The notes under the pieces are model-generated. The model was not told where the DNA came from, made no database searches, and worked only from the letters and a program-made list of their open reading frames with translations. From Candidatus Parcubacteria bacterium (GTDB taxonomy: Bacteria; Patescibacteriota; Minisyncoccia; UBA6257; HR35), in contig AP024681.1 in the NCBI GenBank assembly GCA_025999335.1, forward strand, positions 163,656 through 227,655: 64,000 nucleotides of DNA, written 5' to 3'. Below, one piece after another: positions 29,265 through 39,825 of the stretch (position 1 is the first letter of the stretch; every line of letters starts with the position of its first letter). A program made the translations under genes and the position numbers.

Positions 29265-30359
29265 TTATCTACGAAAACCACTAATAATACCTAAACTAAA
29301 ATAAATAGCTATTTGGCCAGAAGCGCCATAACTAAAAAATGGCAATATTACCCCGGTAGGAATAAACAAACCTATGTTTGATGAAATATGTAAAAAAAAT
29401 TGTAACAATAACCAAGAAGCAACTCCTAACGAAAAATATTCTTTAATTGTTGAACCCGCGTTCTGACCTAGGCTAATTATACGCCAAATTAACAACAAAA
29501 ATAAAATGATTAAAATTAGTGAACCTAAAAAACCAAATTCTGCTGCATAAATAGCAAAAATAGAATCTGTCATAATTTGCGGAATATTATTTTTTTTAGC
29601 TTCCGATAATCCTAAACCTTTTCCCCAAAATCCACCTTCAGAAACAGCTAACATTGTTTGCCAAACTTGAAAAAACTTTTCTTCATAAACTTCACCCTTG
29701 CTAAAAAACGCCAAGGCTCTTTCTAAACGATAGGACCACAATAAAGATAAGGAAATAATCAAAACTATAAATAATAAAAGAGTTATAAACGAATAAAAAG
29801 TTTCCTGCCAGCGCGAAAGTGACTTAAAAAAAATTACGACTAAAGGAGCAATGATGATCATTAGATTACTTAAAGCAGGCTGCAATAAAATAGGTACACT
29901 AATAACCAACAAAAACAATATAAAAATAGTTAAACGATGAGAAATAGGATTTTTTTTAAAATTGTTTAAAAAATATATAAAAAACAAAATAACAAACGGT
30001 TTAATCAATTCAGCTGGCTGGATGGTAATAAAACCTAAATTCAACCAACGTTTGGAAGTTGCCTCTTCAACAGTTAACCAAGGAAAAAAAAGTAAAAGCA
30101 ATAAACTAAGATATAAAACATAAAATCCTAAAAAAAATATTTTTTTATGATCATTAAAATTTTTACTTAATAAAAAACCAGCAATGAAAGCTACGGCACC
30201 TAAAAAAGTAACCTTAATAACAAAAAGAAAAAAGTACCATAAAGGAAATTTAGCGTTCTTTAATGATTCACCTATAGAAACACTAAAAAAATTAATCAAA
30301 CCTAAAAGCGAAAGAATGCAAACAATAAATAATAACGTAAAATCTATCTTTTTTGCCAT
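29265..30359 (-). CDS. ftsW: SEDS protein FtsW
   Basis: RWL..IQPAE, TDSIFA, PTGVILPFFSYG; upstream of murG. Confidence 0.85.
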   Translation of the reverse strand: MAKKIDFTLLFIVCILSLLGLINFFSVSIGESLKNAKFPLWYFFLFVIKVTFLGAVAFIAGFLLSKNFNDHKKIFFLGFYVLYLSLLLLLFFPWLTVEEATSKRWLNLGFITIQPAELIKPFVILFFIYFLNNFKKNPISHRLTIFILFLLVISVPILLQPALSNLMIIIAPLVVIFFKSLSRWQETFYSFITLLLFIVLIISLSLLWSYRLERALAFFSKGEVYEEKFFQVWQTMLAVSEGGFWGKGLGLSEAKKNNIPQIMTDSIFAIYAAEFGFLGSLILIILFLLLIWRIISLGQNAGSTIKEYFSLGVASWLLLQFFLHISSNIGLFIPTGVILPFFSYGASGQIAIYFSLGIISGFRR

Positions 30360-30871
30360 TGCTCTCGTTTACGAGCCTTTCTTTTACCATATTTTTTGCG
30401 TTCTACTTCTCTTGAATCCCTTGTTAATAAATTAGCTTTTTTTAAAGTACTTCTCCATTGATTATTAATTTTTACCAAAGCTCGAGCAATGCCTAAGGAA
30501 ATAGCTTCAGCTTGACCTCGGTAACCACCACCCCTAACTAAACATTTAACTTTAAAATTAGAAATTAATTTTAATTTTGACAATGGAGTTTCAACAATTT
30601 TTATTAATTCAATATTTTTAAAATAATCTTTATATTTTTGACCGTTAATAGTAATATCAAAAGGAGAGCTGCCATCGTACAACCTAATCCTTGCGCTCGC
30701 CCTTTTACGTCTTCCTACGCTTTCAATATACTTTTTATCGCCTATTTTAAAAGTTTCTGTCGATATTAGCGCTTCATTAGCGGTTGCTTCTTCGCTATCA
30801 ATCTCAACATTATCAACCATTGATAATTGATCATCCTTGTCGTCGATAACAATATTATGTTGATCTGCCAT
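30344..30871 (-). CDS. rpsI: 30S ribosomal protein uS9 with acidic N-terminal extension
   Basis: GRRK..ARIRL, GGG..GQAEA, LTRD.R.VERKK, QWQKR. Confidence 0.95.
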   Translation of the reverse strand: MADQHNIVIDDKDDQLSMVDNVEIDSEEATANEALISTETFKIGDKKYIESVGRRKRASARIRLYDGSSPFDITINGQKYKDYFKNIELIKIVETPLSKLKLISNFKVKCLVRGGGYRGQAEAISLGIARALVKINNQWRSTLKKANLLTRDSREVERKKYGKRKARKREQWQKR

Positions 30872-30884
30872 TGATTTATTAAAA

Positions 30885-31229
30885 TTAAATTATTTTAATT
30901 CTTAATAAACGCCTTTTTTGAAGTTTATTTTTAGGCAACATATTTTTAACCACTCTTTTAATAAACTCTAATTTATCTTTTTCCCACAATGTTTTCCATA
31001 AAATTTCTTTACGATGACCTAAATAACCAGTATGCTTAATAAAAACTTCATTCGCTAACTTCTTGCCAGTAAACTTTGCTTTATCAATATTTTCAACCAA
31101 AACATATATAGGCAAATCAATATTTGGCTGATAATCGGGACGATGCTTGCCTTGCAAATATTTTGCAATTTCAGTTGCCAATCTACCAATAGGTCTATTT
31201 TCAGCGTTAATAATTATTTCCTCTTTCAT
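30885..31229 (-). CDS. rplM: 50S ribosomal protein uL13
   Basis: GRLATEIA..LQGKH, HTGYLG, MLPKN. Confidence 0.95.
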   Translation of the reverse strand: MKEEIIINAENRPIGRLATEIAKYLQGKHRPDYQPNIDLPIYVLVENIDKAKFTGKKLANEVFIKHTGYLGHRKEILWKTLWEKDKLEFIKRVVKNMLPKNKLQKRRLLRIKII

Positions 31230-31266
31230 AATAGAAATTATTATAACATAAATTTAAAAAATCAAA

Positions 31267-31908
31267 TTATATTCTCCAAAGAAAAGGAGGAATTAATCGC
31301 AAATTAGTGCCTACTTCAAATCTATTATCATCATCGCCTCCATCATTAGAAACTTTATCATTAGCCCCGTTCTTTAAAAAGGACTCGCTTTCAAAAGAAA
31401 TTGAAATTTCGTATTGCAATGGCTGAGTTTGAAAAGCATATAAATAATATAAACCTTTTGTAAAAGAATTAATAGGATCAACAGGTAAAGCACTTAAATA
31501 CTGATTGCGCAAATTACTAAAATCAACCGGCAACCAACCTTTACCGTCTATTTTTTGAAGATTATTCAAATGAGTTTGATAAACAAAATAAATTTGACCA
31601 TATGGCCTATAATAGCAACTCCTAAATAAATTTACATCTTCTAAAGGTAATGATAAAAAAATGGTTGGTTCCGACTGATTAATGCCTCTATTAGCCAAAA
31701 AAGGACCATCAAGATCAGGATTAAGTAAACTATTTATATAGGCATTAAGCGTATTCGACAATGTAAAAGCATCGGCAAGCCTTTGATTATCTCTTGTTTT
31801 AGCAAAAAATTCTGTTGCTACAAAATAAATGCCAATAAAACCAAAAATTATCAAACTAATAGCTAAAACAACTAATAATTCTAAATAAGTAAAACCCTTA
31901 TTATCCAT
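31267..31908 (-). CDS. Type IV pilin-like protein
   Basis: KG|FTYLELL prepilin motif, RD..R..D, LPVDP. Confidence 0.85.
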   Translation of the reverse strand: MDNKGFTYLELLVVLAISLIIFGFIGIYFVATEFFAKTRDNQRLADAFTLSNTLNAYINSLLNPDLDGPFLANRGINQSEPTIFLSLPLEDVNLFRSCYYRPYGQIYFVYQTHLNNLQKIDGKGWLPVDFSNLRNQYLSALPVDPINSFTKGLYYLYAFQTQPLQYEISISFESESFLKNGANDKVSNDGGDDDNRFEVGTNLRLIPPFLWRI

Positions 31909-31929
31909 AAATCATAAAATCAATATCTG

Positions 31930-32001
31930 AGCCGAGGAGGGGACTTGAACCCCTAACCTGAGGTTTACAAAACCTCTGCTCTGCCGTTGAGCTACCTCGG
32001 C
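31930..32001 (-). tRNA. tRNA-Thr(TGT)
   Basis: Anticodon arm GAGGT-TTTGTAA-ACCTC. Confidence 0.95.
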
Positions 32002-32068
32002 TAAAATTTGCCAATTATTTGATTATAAAACATATTTTATCATATTACAACCTCATTTTAGCGAATAA

Positions 32069-33847
32069 TTATTTTTTTAAATCCAAATAAGCTTTTACTA
32101 GTTCTTTATATAAAGGTAAGGTTGCAACTGAACCTAAAGGAACCTCTTCGATAAGAAGAGTCATAACTACAGCTGGTTTTCCATAAGGAAAATAACCGGT
32201 AAAAATTGCATTAAGTTTTTGTTTGCCTAAAATTTCTGGAGTACCGCTCTTGCCAGCTATAGCCACTGGTAAATCATTTAAAGTCTTTGCCGTACCATTA
32301 GTCACTGTCATTCTCATGCCCTGTTGAATTATTTTTAAATTATTTTCATTAATAATATTATCTCTAATTATTTCCTTTTGTCGCTCAAAAATAATTCTCC
32401 CCGAGTTATCAATAATTTTTTTAACCAAAAATGGTTTGTATATTTTATTAGTTGCCATAGCTCCGGTCCAAAGAGCAATCTGCAATGGAGTAACTAATAA
32501 ATCTCCTTGACCAATAGAAACATTATAAGTATCACCTAAACGCCATTGTTTATCAAACAAATGTCTCGCTTTCCATTCCGGCGACGGCAAAAGACCTGCT
32601 TTTTCATTAGGAAAATCTATGCCGGATTTTTCGCCTAAATTATATTTTTTCCAGTACTCTATTAAACGATAAATACCTAAACCTGATTTAATTGGAATTT
32701 GTTCATCGTCATCAGGGTAACCACCGCCAACAACATAAAAATAAATATTTACTGAATTAGCAATAGCTTTATAAATATCTGTCCAACCATGAACTTTATT
32801 ATCTTTAAAAATTGAATAACTACCAGGTATATAAGGATTTTTTATTCTCAATAAACCGTTAGCAAAAATTTTAGTTTCAGGAGTAACTATTTTTTCTTCT
32901 AAAGCTGCTGCCGCTACAATCAATTTAATCGTCGAACCAGGTGAATAAAGACCGCTAATTACTCGATTAAATAATGGTTGTTCAGAATTGTTTAAAATAG
33001 TAGCTGTCTTTTGGGGATCATTAATAAAAACCAAAGGATCATAAGATGGATAAGATATTAAAGCAATAATTTCGCCGCTATTAGGATCAAAAGCTACAAA
33101 AGCAGCTTTCTTATAATTATTTTCTTTCATATAACTATCAATTAATTGGTAAGCTTTTTTTTGAAATGAAGAATCAACAGTTAAATAAAGCGAACTACCG
33201 ATAGATGGCAAGCTTTCTTCAACTTTCTTGAGCTGATCTTTATCTTTTTTATAAACAATCCTACCAGCCGAACCATGCAGATAACGATCATAGTATAATT
33301 CTAAACCTGTTTTGCCGATAAACTCTTCTTTATAATACTGATCATTATCTTCATCAACGAATCCAATATAACCTATTAAATTACCAAATTCTTCATTAAC
33401 TTTATAATCTCTTTGAAAAGAAGGAACTGGTTGAATTGCTTTATCTTTATTAAAAAATTTTAAAGCTATCTCGGGATTAACATTTCTAACTATAATTTGA
33501 TTACCTCGATAAAAAACTCTCCCGGCGGCAAATAATTCAGACAAATCAATATTCTTATTAACTTTAGCAACATCTATGTAGAAATCAAAAACTTTTTTAA
33601 AAGTTGCTAAAACTTTTCCGGAATTATCATAAATCTCACCCCGCGGAGCAAAAGATAAATATATTAAACTAGTAATTGATTCTTCAATGTCAGCAAAAGT
33701 TTTTTTTAAAAAAAATTGCAAATAAAAAAAATAAACAATAATAATGATTAAAATTAATAAAAAAATTGTCTTCCATAGCAAAGCATTAGAAACAACTTTC
33801 AATTTAATTCTTTCACCTCTTGGCTGAAAAAAATTATCAAAATCCAT
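32069..33847 (-). CDS. mrdA: Penicillin-binding protein 2
   Basis: PRGEIYD, STIK (SxxK), SVN (SxN), KSG; within the mre cluster. Confidence 0.92.
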   Translation of the reverse strand: MDFDNFFQPRGERIKLKVVSNALLWKTIFLLILIIIIVYFFYLQFFLKKTFADIEESITSLIYLSFAPRGEIYDNSGKVLATFKKVFDFYIDVAKVNKNIDLSELFAAGRVFYRGNQIIVRNVNPEIALKFFNKDKAIQPVPSFQRDYKVNEEFGNLIGYIGFVDEDNDQYYKEEFIGKTGLELYYDRYLHGSAGRIVYKKDKDQLKKVEESLPSIGSSLYLTVDSSFQKKAYQLIDSYMKENNYKKAAFVAFDPNSGEIIALISYPSYDPLVFINDPQKTATILNNSEQPLFNRVISGLYSPGSTIKLIVAAAALEEKIVTPETKIFANGLLRIKNPYIPGSYSIFKDNKVHGWTDIYKAIANSVNIYFYVVGGGYPDDDEQIPIKSGLGIYRLIEYWKKYNLGEKSGIDFPNEKAGLLPSPEWKARHLFDKQWRLGDTYNVSIGQGDLLVTPLQIALWTGAMATNKIYKPFLVKKIIDNSGRIIFERQKEIIRDNIINENNLKIIQQGMRMTVTNGTAKTLNDLPVAIAGKSGTPEILGKQKLNAIFTGYFPYGKPAVVMTLLIEEVPLGSVATLPLYKELVKAYLDLKK

Positions 33848-33868
33848 AAAAAGTTATAAAACAAAATT

Positions 33869-34276
33869 TTATAAAAATATTCTGCTTATCTCTAAATATA
33901 ATAATTGAAAAATAAAATTAGCAAAAATCAGCTTAAACCATAAAGATATATCAAAAGGATAATTCATAGCATAAACAAAAATAATAAAAAAGATAATATT
34001 AAAAATAAAAATAAAAAAAACACGCTGATAAAAAAAAGAATTATTAATAAATTTATCTAGCAAAACCATTATAAAAAGAACTAAACTGACGATCAAACTA
34101 AAAAAACCGAAATTTTTAATAAAAAATAAATCTGTCAAAAGAGTAAAAATTAATAATTTAAAAATAAATTTTTCTGAACGAAAAAATAAAAATTCTCTTA
34201 AAATAGGAGCTAAACAAATAACCAATAAAGAAAAAAATGGTTGTAAAAATACTATTGTTGCTAAACTAAAAATCAT
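33869..34276 (-). CDS. mreD: Probable MreD
   Basis: Hydrophobic ORF between mreC and pbp2 (mainly synteny). Confidence 0.6.
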   Translation of the reverse strand: MIFSLATIVFLQPFFSLLVICLAPILREFLFFRSEKFIFKLLIFTLLTDLFFIKNFGFFSLIVSLVLFIMVLLDKFINNSFFYQRVFFIFIFNIIFFIIFVYAMNYPFDISLWFKLIFANFIFQLLYLEISRIFL

Positions 34277-34998
34277 TTTTCAAAAACCAAAAAATGACTA
34301 GCTTCATCATCAAAAGCAATCTTAGCTATCAGGCGCGGATTTAATTGGTTTAAGTCTAAATCAACAACTGAACCAATAACCAAATTAGATAAGAAATAAT
34401 CTTTATCCGTAAAAATTAAATCATTAATATTCAATTTAACATCTTTAAACAAAGCAACTTCAATAAAACCATTAGAAATTGTTTTAGCTAAACCAATAAT
34501 CGTGCCATTTTTATCGCTTACATTAAATGTTTGATTAGGCACTAACAAAGATTCAACTAAGGCATAAGAAGAAAAAACTTTCTTTACCTTGCCAACTAAA
34601 ATAAAATTTTTATCCAAGATTATATCGCCTGGCGTTAAATTATCACCTTGAATATAAAAATAACCGAAATTATCTTTCTTAAGAACTTTTACTTCTCGAA
34701 CTTGTTTGTTTAAATCTTCCAAACGCGATAAATCATTAATAATATCCTTATTTTTAAGACTAATCTTAATAGCAGCTAATTCTTTTAAAAGATCAAAGTA
34801 TTTCTTTTTATAGATATCAGCATCATCTTTATAAAAAAATTTCTTAATAATTTCATTAATTTTTCCTTGTAAGTCTAAGGAAAAACTAAAAAAATAATTT
34901 TGCATTTGTTGAGCTAGGGTTATGTTCGAACCAACAAATAACAAAACACTGCCAATAATAAATAAAATGGCGATTTTTTTTAATTTAACTAGAAACAT
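34273..34998 (-). CDS. mreC: Rod shape-determining protein MreC
   Basis: TM, coiled coil and beta domain (LVGKV, LVIGSV); follows mreB. Confidence 0.75.
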   Translation of the reverse strand: MFLVKLKKIAILFIIGSVLLFVGSNITLAQQMQNYFFSFSLDLQGKINEIIKKFFYKDDADIYKKKYFDLLKELAAIKISLKNKDIINDLSRLEDLNKQVREVKVLKKDNFGYFYIQGDNLTPGDIILDKNFILVGKVKKVFSSYALVESLLVPNQTFNVSDKNGTIIGLAKTISNGFIEVALFKDVKLNINDLIFTDKDYFLSNLVIGSVVDLDLNQLNPRLIAKIAFDDEASHFLVFEK

Positions 34999-36010
34999 TG
35001 ATTAAAAGCTTTTGATAATGATTTAAATCTTCTAAAATTTTACCTATACCGCGAATAACTGAATATTTAGGTTCTTCAATAACATTAATTTTTAATTTAA
35101 CTTCTTTTTCGATAAAACTATCAATGCCATGAATTAACGATCCTCCACCAGCAAGATAAATTCCGTTTTCGCTAATATCACCCAAAAGATCAGGCGGCGC
35201 TAAATTTAAAATATCTTTAATAACATTTACGATTTCTTCAAGATCCTCTAAAATGCTTTCCCTTAAATCAGAACTATGAAAAGTAACTTCTTTGGGTAAA
35301 CCAGTGATAATATCTCTACCTTTTAAAACAAATGATTGATTTGATTTAACTAAAATATTACTTACGGATATTTTTGCTTCTTCAGCTTGGCGTTCGCCAA
35401 TAACTAAATTATATTTACTTTTTATATGATTAACAATACCTAAATTAAATGTATCGCCTCCTATTCTAATACTTCTTCCAATAACAACACCACCCAAAGA
35501 AATTAAAGCTATATCCGTCGTCCCTCCGCCAATGTCTACAATAAATACTCCTCGCGCCTCTTCAATATCTAAATTTGCTCCTAAAGCTGCTGCCATCGGT
35601 TCTTCAACTAAAAAAACTTTTTTAACCCCACAACCTAAAGCAACATCAATAACTCCTTTTTTTTGCACTTCGGTTAAATCTAAAGGAACGCCAATAACCA
35701 TTTTTATGCCAAAAAGACCAAGGTATTCTTTTTTAATTTTTTCAATTACTTTTTCTAAAAAAACCAAAGCTTCATCAAAATGAGTTACCACTCCTTTTAA
35801 GATAGGCCTAACAACATTAATATTTTGAGGATTGCGACCTAACATATTTTTAGCTTCATCGCCTATAGCAATTACAGAATTATTTTGATTATTAAAAGCA
35901 ATCACCGTCGGCAATTCAGTGACCATACCTATTTCTTTTAAATAAACCTTGGTATAAGCTGTTCCTAAATCAACGCCTATCAATAAATTACTTTTAATTT
36001 TTACAATCAT
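34985..36010 (-). CDS. mreB: MreB-family actin homolog (copy in the mreBCD cluster)
   Basis: GVDLGT, EEPMAAALGA, DIGGGTTD, GGGSL. Confidence 0.9.
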   Translation of the reverse strand: MIVKIKSNLLIGVDLGTAYTKVYLKEIGMVTELPTVIAFNNQNNSVIAIGDEAKNMLGRNPQNINVVRPILKGVVTHFDEALVFLEKVIEKIKKEYLGLFGIKMVIGVPLDLTEVQKKGVIDVALGCGVKKVFLVEEPMAAALGANLDIEEARGVFIVDIGGGTTDIALISLGGVVIGRSIRIGGDTFNLGIVNHIKSKYNLVIGERQAEEAKISVSNILVKSNQSFVLKGRDIITGLPKEVTFHSSDLRESILEDLEEIVNVIKDILNLAPPDLLGDISENGIYLAGGGSLIHGIDSFIEKEVKLKINVIEEPKYSVIRGIGKILEDLNHYQKLLINVSS

Positions 36011-36138
36011 CTTTAAAATAATTATAAATTAAATTTAATAATTACCATTATAAAATATATTGTTTTTTAAACCATTCATTAACTTCATCTTTAAATGAAT
36101 AATTAAAAATTAATTACCCGATAAATTAATTACTGCGC

Positions 36139-37203
36139 TTAACTTTTCAAAAATAAAAAATAAATATCTTTCAAAGAAATAAAAACCATTAAAATTAAAA
36201 GAATAATAAATCCAATTTTATGTATGCTTTCTTCTTGTTGAAAGGTTAATTTAATATTAAAACTTTCTAAAATTGTAAACAATAAACGCCCACCATCAAG
36301 AGCTGGAATAGGCAATAAGTTAATGAAAGCAAGGTTTAATGATATAATTGCCAAAAAATACAATAAGGTACCTATGCCTAAAAATGAAAAGAAAGTAAAA
36401 ATATTATAAATGCCAAAAATACTCGCTGTATTATTAGCAACAACATCAAAACGAAATTGTCCTAAAGAATATAATAACATTCCTAAACCCTTAATAATAT
36501 TTTTACCTTCAGTGAATAATAAATAAAAACCATCAACATAACTTGCTCTTAAAGAATTACTTTTATGATATCGCATATCATAGTTTAATAAACCTATGCC
36601 TAAGACACCAGAATTAGGCACGGTTACCTTAACATCTAAAAGCTGCTCCTGTCTTTTTACAATTAAAACAATTTCTTTATTAGTATGCTGATGTAAAAAC
36701 GATAATAAATCTTTATGATTATTAAAATAATAAGTTTCTTTACCAAAACGTACGCCTATAATCTTATCTAGAATTCGTAATTGAGATTTGACTTCGCTAA
36801 TTGCCTGATCTAAATTAATTACTGTAATTGCTTTTTGAACCTGATTATTTACTACCGCTGGCATATAATAACCAAAATAAGCACTAAAAGCTAACATTAA
36901 ATAAGCTGCAAGAATATTAAAGAAAATGCCAGCTATAATAATAAAAATTTTTTTTAACTTCGGTAAATTTAAAAAACCTTCAGGATCATCGGGGTCGTCT
37001 TCTCCGCGCAAACGAACAAAACCGCCAAAGATAATTAAACCAACAGAATAAACAGTCTCTCCGTATTTCTTTGAAAATAAGCGCGGAGGAAAGCCTAAAC
37101 AAAATTCTTCAACTTTTAAACCGCTTTTTTTAGCAGCTAAAAAGTGACCTAATTCATGAACAAATATTAAAAATCCGATAGCAATTAAAAAATAAAATAT
37201 CAT
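36139..37203 (-). CDS. rseP: Site-2 protease RseP/RasP (M50)
   Basis: HELGH and NLLPIPALDGG motifs. Confidence 0.92.
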   Translation of the reverse strand: MIFYFLIAIGFLIFVHELGHFLAAKKSGLKVEEFCLGFPPRLFSKKYGETVYSVGLIIFGGFVRLRGEDDPDDPEGFLNLPKLKKIFIIIAGIFFNILAAYLMLAFSAYFGYYMPAVVNNQVQKAITVINLDQAISEVKSQLRILDKIIGVRFGKETYYFNNHKDLLSFLHQHTNKEIVLIVKRQEQLLDVKVTVPNSGVLGIGLLNYDMRYHKSNSLRASYVDGFYLLFTEGKNIIKGLGMLLYSLGQFRFDVVANNTASIFGIYNIFTFFSFLGIGTLLYFLAIISLNLAFINLLPIPALDGGRLLFTILESFNIKLTFQQEESIHKIGFIILLILMVFISLKDIYFLFLKS

Positions 37204-37212
37204 TGTTAAAAT

Positions 37213-37752
37213 TTATAAAAGCTCTTTTTCTTTAGTCGCAAAAATATTATCGACGTCTTTATTAAATTTATCCATCTCTTTGTCAACGGCTTCTTTAGAT
37301 TTATAAAACTGATCTTCAGATATTTCTTTATTATCTTTTTTATTTTTCAATTCCTTTAAATAATGATCTCGTAAAACTCTTGATTTAATCCTTATATCTT
37401 CTCTTAAAGAATGCAAATTTTTAATCAAATTTTTTCTCATTTCTTCGGTTAAAGGCGAAAATTTTATCATTAAACTATTTTTCTGTCTGCTTAAAGTAAA
37501 ATAATTATCACCTGACTGCAAGCCTTTTTCAATATCAGCCAACGAATTAACATCATAAGGATCAAATTTAAATGTTAAAGGATCGAGCTGAGAAATCAAG
37601 CCTAAAGATTTTAAAGGCATTTTTTGACCATAAACTTCAATGTCTTTATTTTCTAATAAACCTAAAGATAATTTATAACCTCTGATCGTCATCAATCTAT
37701 CTTGAAAATCTTTTTTTAAAGCAGCTAATTTGTCTTGAAAATCTTTAATCAT
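37213..37752 (-). CDS. frr: Ribosome recycling factor
   Basis: VYGQKMPL, PLTEEMRK, EISED, KEKELL. Confidence 0.88.
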   Translation of the reverse strand: MIKDFQDKLAALKKDFQDRLMTIRGYKLSLGLLENKDIEVYGQKMPLKSLGLISQLDPLTFKFDPYDVNSLADIEKGLQSGDNYFTLSRQKNSLMIKFSPLTEEMRKNLIKNLHSLREDIRIKSRVLRDHYLKELKNKKDNKEISEDQFYKSKEAVDKEMDKFNKDVDNIFATKEKELL

Positions 37753-37913
37753 TCTAAATTAAAAATAATAAGTAAATAACGACGTAAATTAATATCAAAA
37801 AATTTAATATCTAAAATTCTTAATAAAAAATCTGTTTCCACAACCACAATAATAACGTAAATTAATAATAACAATAAAACTATTTTTTTCAAAGTATCCC
37901 AAACTTCATCCAT
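37749..37913 (-). CDS. Putative small membrane protein (54 aa), not in ORF track
   Basis: MDEVWDTLKKIVLLLLIYVIIVVVETDFLLRILDIKFFDINLRRYLLIIFNLE; overlaps the holB stop and frr start (ATGA). Confidence 0.6.
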   Translation of the reverse strand: MDEVWDTLKKIVLLLLLIYVIIVVVETDFLLRILDIKFFDINLRRYLLIIFNLE

Positions 37914-38757
37914 AGTTTAAAACTAAATTAGCAAGTTGCACATCGAAATTTAAATCATTATACAAAAATAAATCAAAAACTTTATAATAACTCTCAATTT
38001 CTTGATCACTCAAATCATCGCTTAAAAGTCTATCTTTAGCTAACAAAATGAAATATTCTGATAATTCCTTTAAAGAAAAATTTTTCTTTAATGAATCTAT
38101 CATTTGTATTTTATCAATTTTTGAAGCTTTTAAAAATTTTAATAATAACATTATCTTATTTTTTTGCTGCCAGGCGGTATGAATTTTACCTGGTTGCCCT
38201 GGATAGATTTTGAGAAGAAAATTTATCAGCTGTTTATTGGTTTTATTCTTAATTTTTGTCTGATCAATTGTTGTGGCTAAAAAATCGTCCATTTCTTTTT
38301 TACTAACAAGATTAAAGCGCAAGATTAAACAACGTGAACGAATTGTTGGTAAAATACTATAAAAACTATGAGTAATAAAAATAAAAATATTATTGTTTTG
38401 TATATCTTCTAATGTTTTCAATAAAGTATTTTGGCTTTCTTTTGTAAATTTATGAAAATCATTAATCAAAAAAAATTTCTTTAAAGTTGCCTGCCTTGAT
38501 AAAGAAACAATCATACGAGCAGTGTCAATAGAATAGAATTTATTGCCTGCCGGTTGACTAAAAATTATTAACTCACCATTTTTATTGAAAGACAAAAAAT
38601 TTTTAACAAAAGTAAATTTACCAACACCTTCGGGTCCGACAAGCAATAAAGTTCCTTTTTGTATTTCTTGTAAAATTTTAGCTAAAGATGCAAATTTAGC
38701 GCTATTGCCGACTAAATTAAAACTTAAAGAAAAATTAGACATTTTAATGTTGAACAA
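37906..38757 (-). CDS. holB: DNA polymerase III delta' subunit-like
   Basis: GPEGVGK, SQNTLLKTLED, ILPTIRSRC. Confidence 0.85.
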   Translation of the reverse strand: MFNIKMSNFSLSFNLVGNSAKFASLAKILQEIQKGTLLLVGPEGVGKFTFVKNFLSFNKNGELIIFSQPAGNKFYSIDTARMIVSLSRQATLKKFFLINDFHKFTKESQNTLLKTLEDIQNNNIFIFITHSFYSILPTIRSRCLILRFNLVSKKEMDDFLATTIDQTKIKNKTNKQLINFLLKIYPGQPGKIHTAWQQKNKIMLLLKFLKASKIDKIQMIDSLKKNFSLKELSEYFILLAKDRLLSDDLSDQEIESYYKVFDLFLYNDLNFDVQLANLVLNYG

Positions 38758-39781
38758 CTAAACGGTAAACATCAATTTTATCTAAAACCTTACCTGTACC
38801 TCGCGCCACAGCATACAAAGGATCATCAACGATAAAAGCCTTAACGCCAGTTTGCTGATGAATTAAAGTATTAATATTACGCAAAAGAGCGCCACCTCCA
38901 GAAACAAATAGACCCTTTTCCATAATATCCGCAACCAACTCAGGCGGTGTGTTTGTTAAAACACGCTTAATACCGCTAACAATTTCCTTTAATTCGCGTT
39001 GCAATGATTCTGCTACTTGATAAGAACCTAATTTTATTTGTTTTGGCAAGCCGCTAATTAAATCAATGCCGCTCACTTCCATAAATAACTCCTTATTATT
39101 GTCGTCTTTATTATTTTTATCATCTTTATTATTTTTACTATTAAAAGTTAGCGCTGAACCTATTTTAATCTTTATTGTTTCAGCTGTTTTTTCGCCAACT
39201 GCTAAATTAAATTTTCGTCGCAAATACTCCCTAATTGATTCATCCATTTTATCGCCAGCTACTTTTAAAGATTCGAAAGTTACTATACCACCTAAAGATA
39301 TTACCGCAATTTCTGTTGTTCCTCCTCCAATATTAACAATCATATTACCAATTGGATTTTGAATAGACATTTCAGCACCTAAAGCTGCTAATAATGGTTC
39401 TTTAATAGGAAACACTTCCCGCGCGCCTGCTTCTAAACCAGCGTCAATGATTGCTCTTCTTTCTGTTGAAGTTATACCCGCAGGCACAGAAATAACTAAA
39501 ATTGGCTTAAAAAATCTAATTAACTTTAGTTTATTTAAAAAATATTTCAAAATAGCTAAAGTTGCCTTATAATCAGCGATAACACCTTCTTTCAAAGGCC
39601 TAAAGATTTGGATTTCTTTAGGCGTCTTGCCGATCATATCTTTTGCTTCTTTGCCAACTGCTAAAATATTTCTTCTATTTTCGTCATAAGCAACAACGGT
39701 TGGCTCAGTAATAACAACTCCTTTATTTGGCAAATAAACATTAGTATTAGCTGTGCCTAAATCGATACCTACTTTAAACAT
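38744..39781 (-). CDS. mreB: Second MreB/Mbl paralog (likely start MFKVG at 39781)
   Basis: GIDLGTANT, RPLKEGVIAD, GGGTTE, GGGALL; NNKDDK tandem insertion. Confidence 0.92.
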   Translation of the reverse strand: MFKVGIDLGTANTNVYLPNKGVVITEPTVVAYDENRRNILAVGKEAKDMIGKTPKEIQIFRPLKEGVIADYKATLAILKYFLNKLKLIRFFKPILVISVPAGITSTERRAIIDAGLEAGAREVFPIKEPLLAALGAEMSIQNPIGNMIVNIGGGTTEIAVISLGGIVTFESLKVAGDKMDESIREYLRRKFNLAVGEKTAETIKIKIGSALTFNSKNNKDDKNNKDDNNKELFMEVSGIDLISGLPKQIKLGSYQVAESLQRELKEIVSGIKRVLTNTPPELVADIMEKGLFVSGGGALLRNINTLIHQQTGVKAFIVDDPLYAVARGTGKVLDKIDVYRLVVQH

Positions 39782-39825
39782 AATATTTTTTAAGTTACCT
39801 TTATTTTTAATATAATATAATTTTA

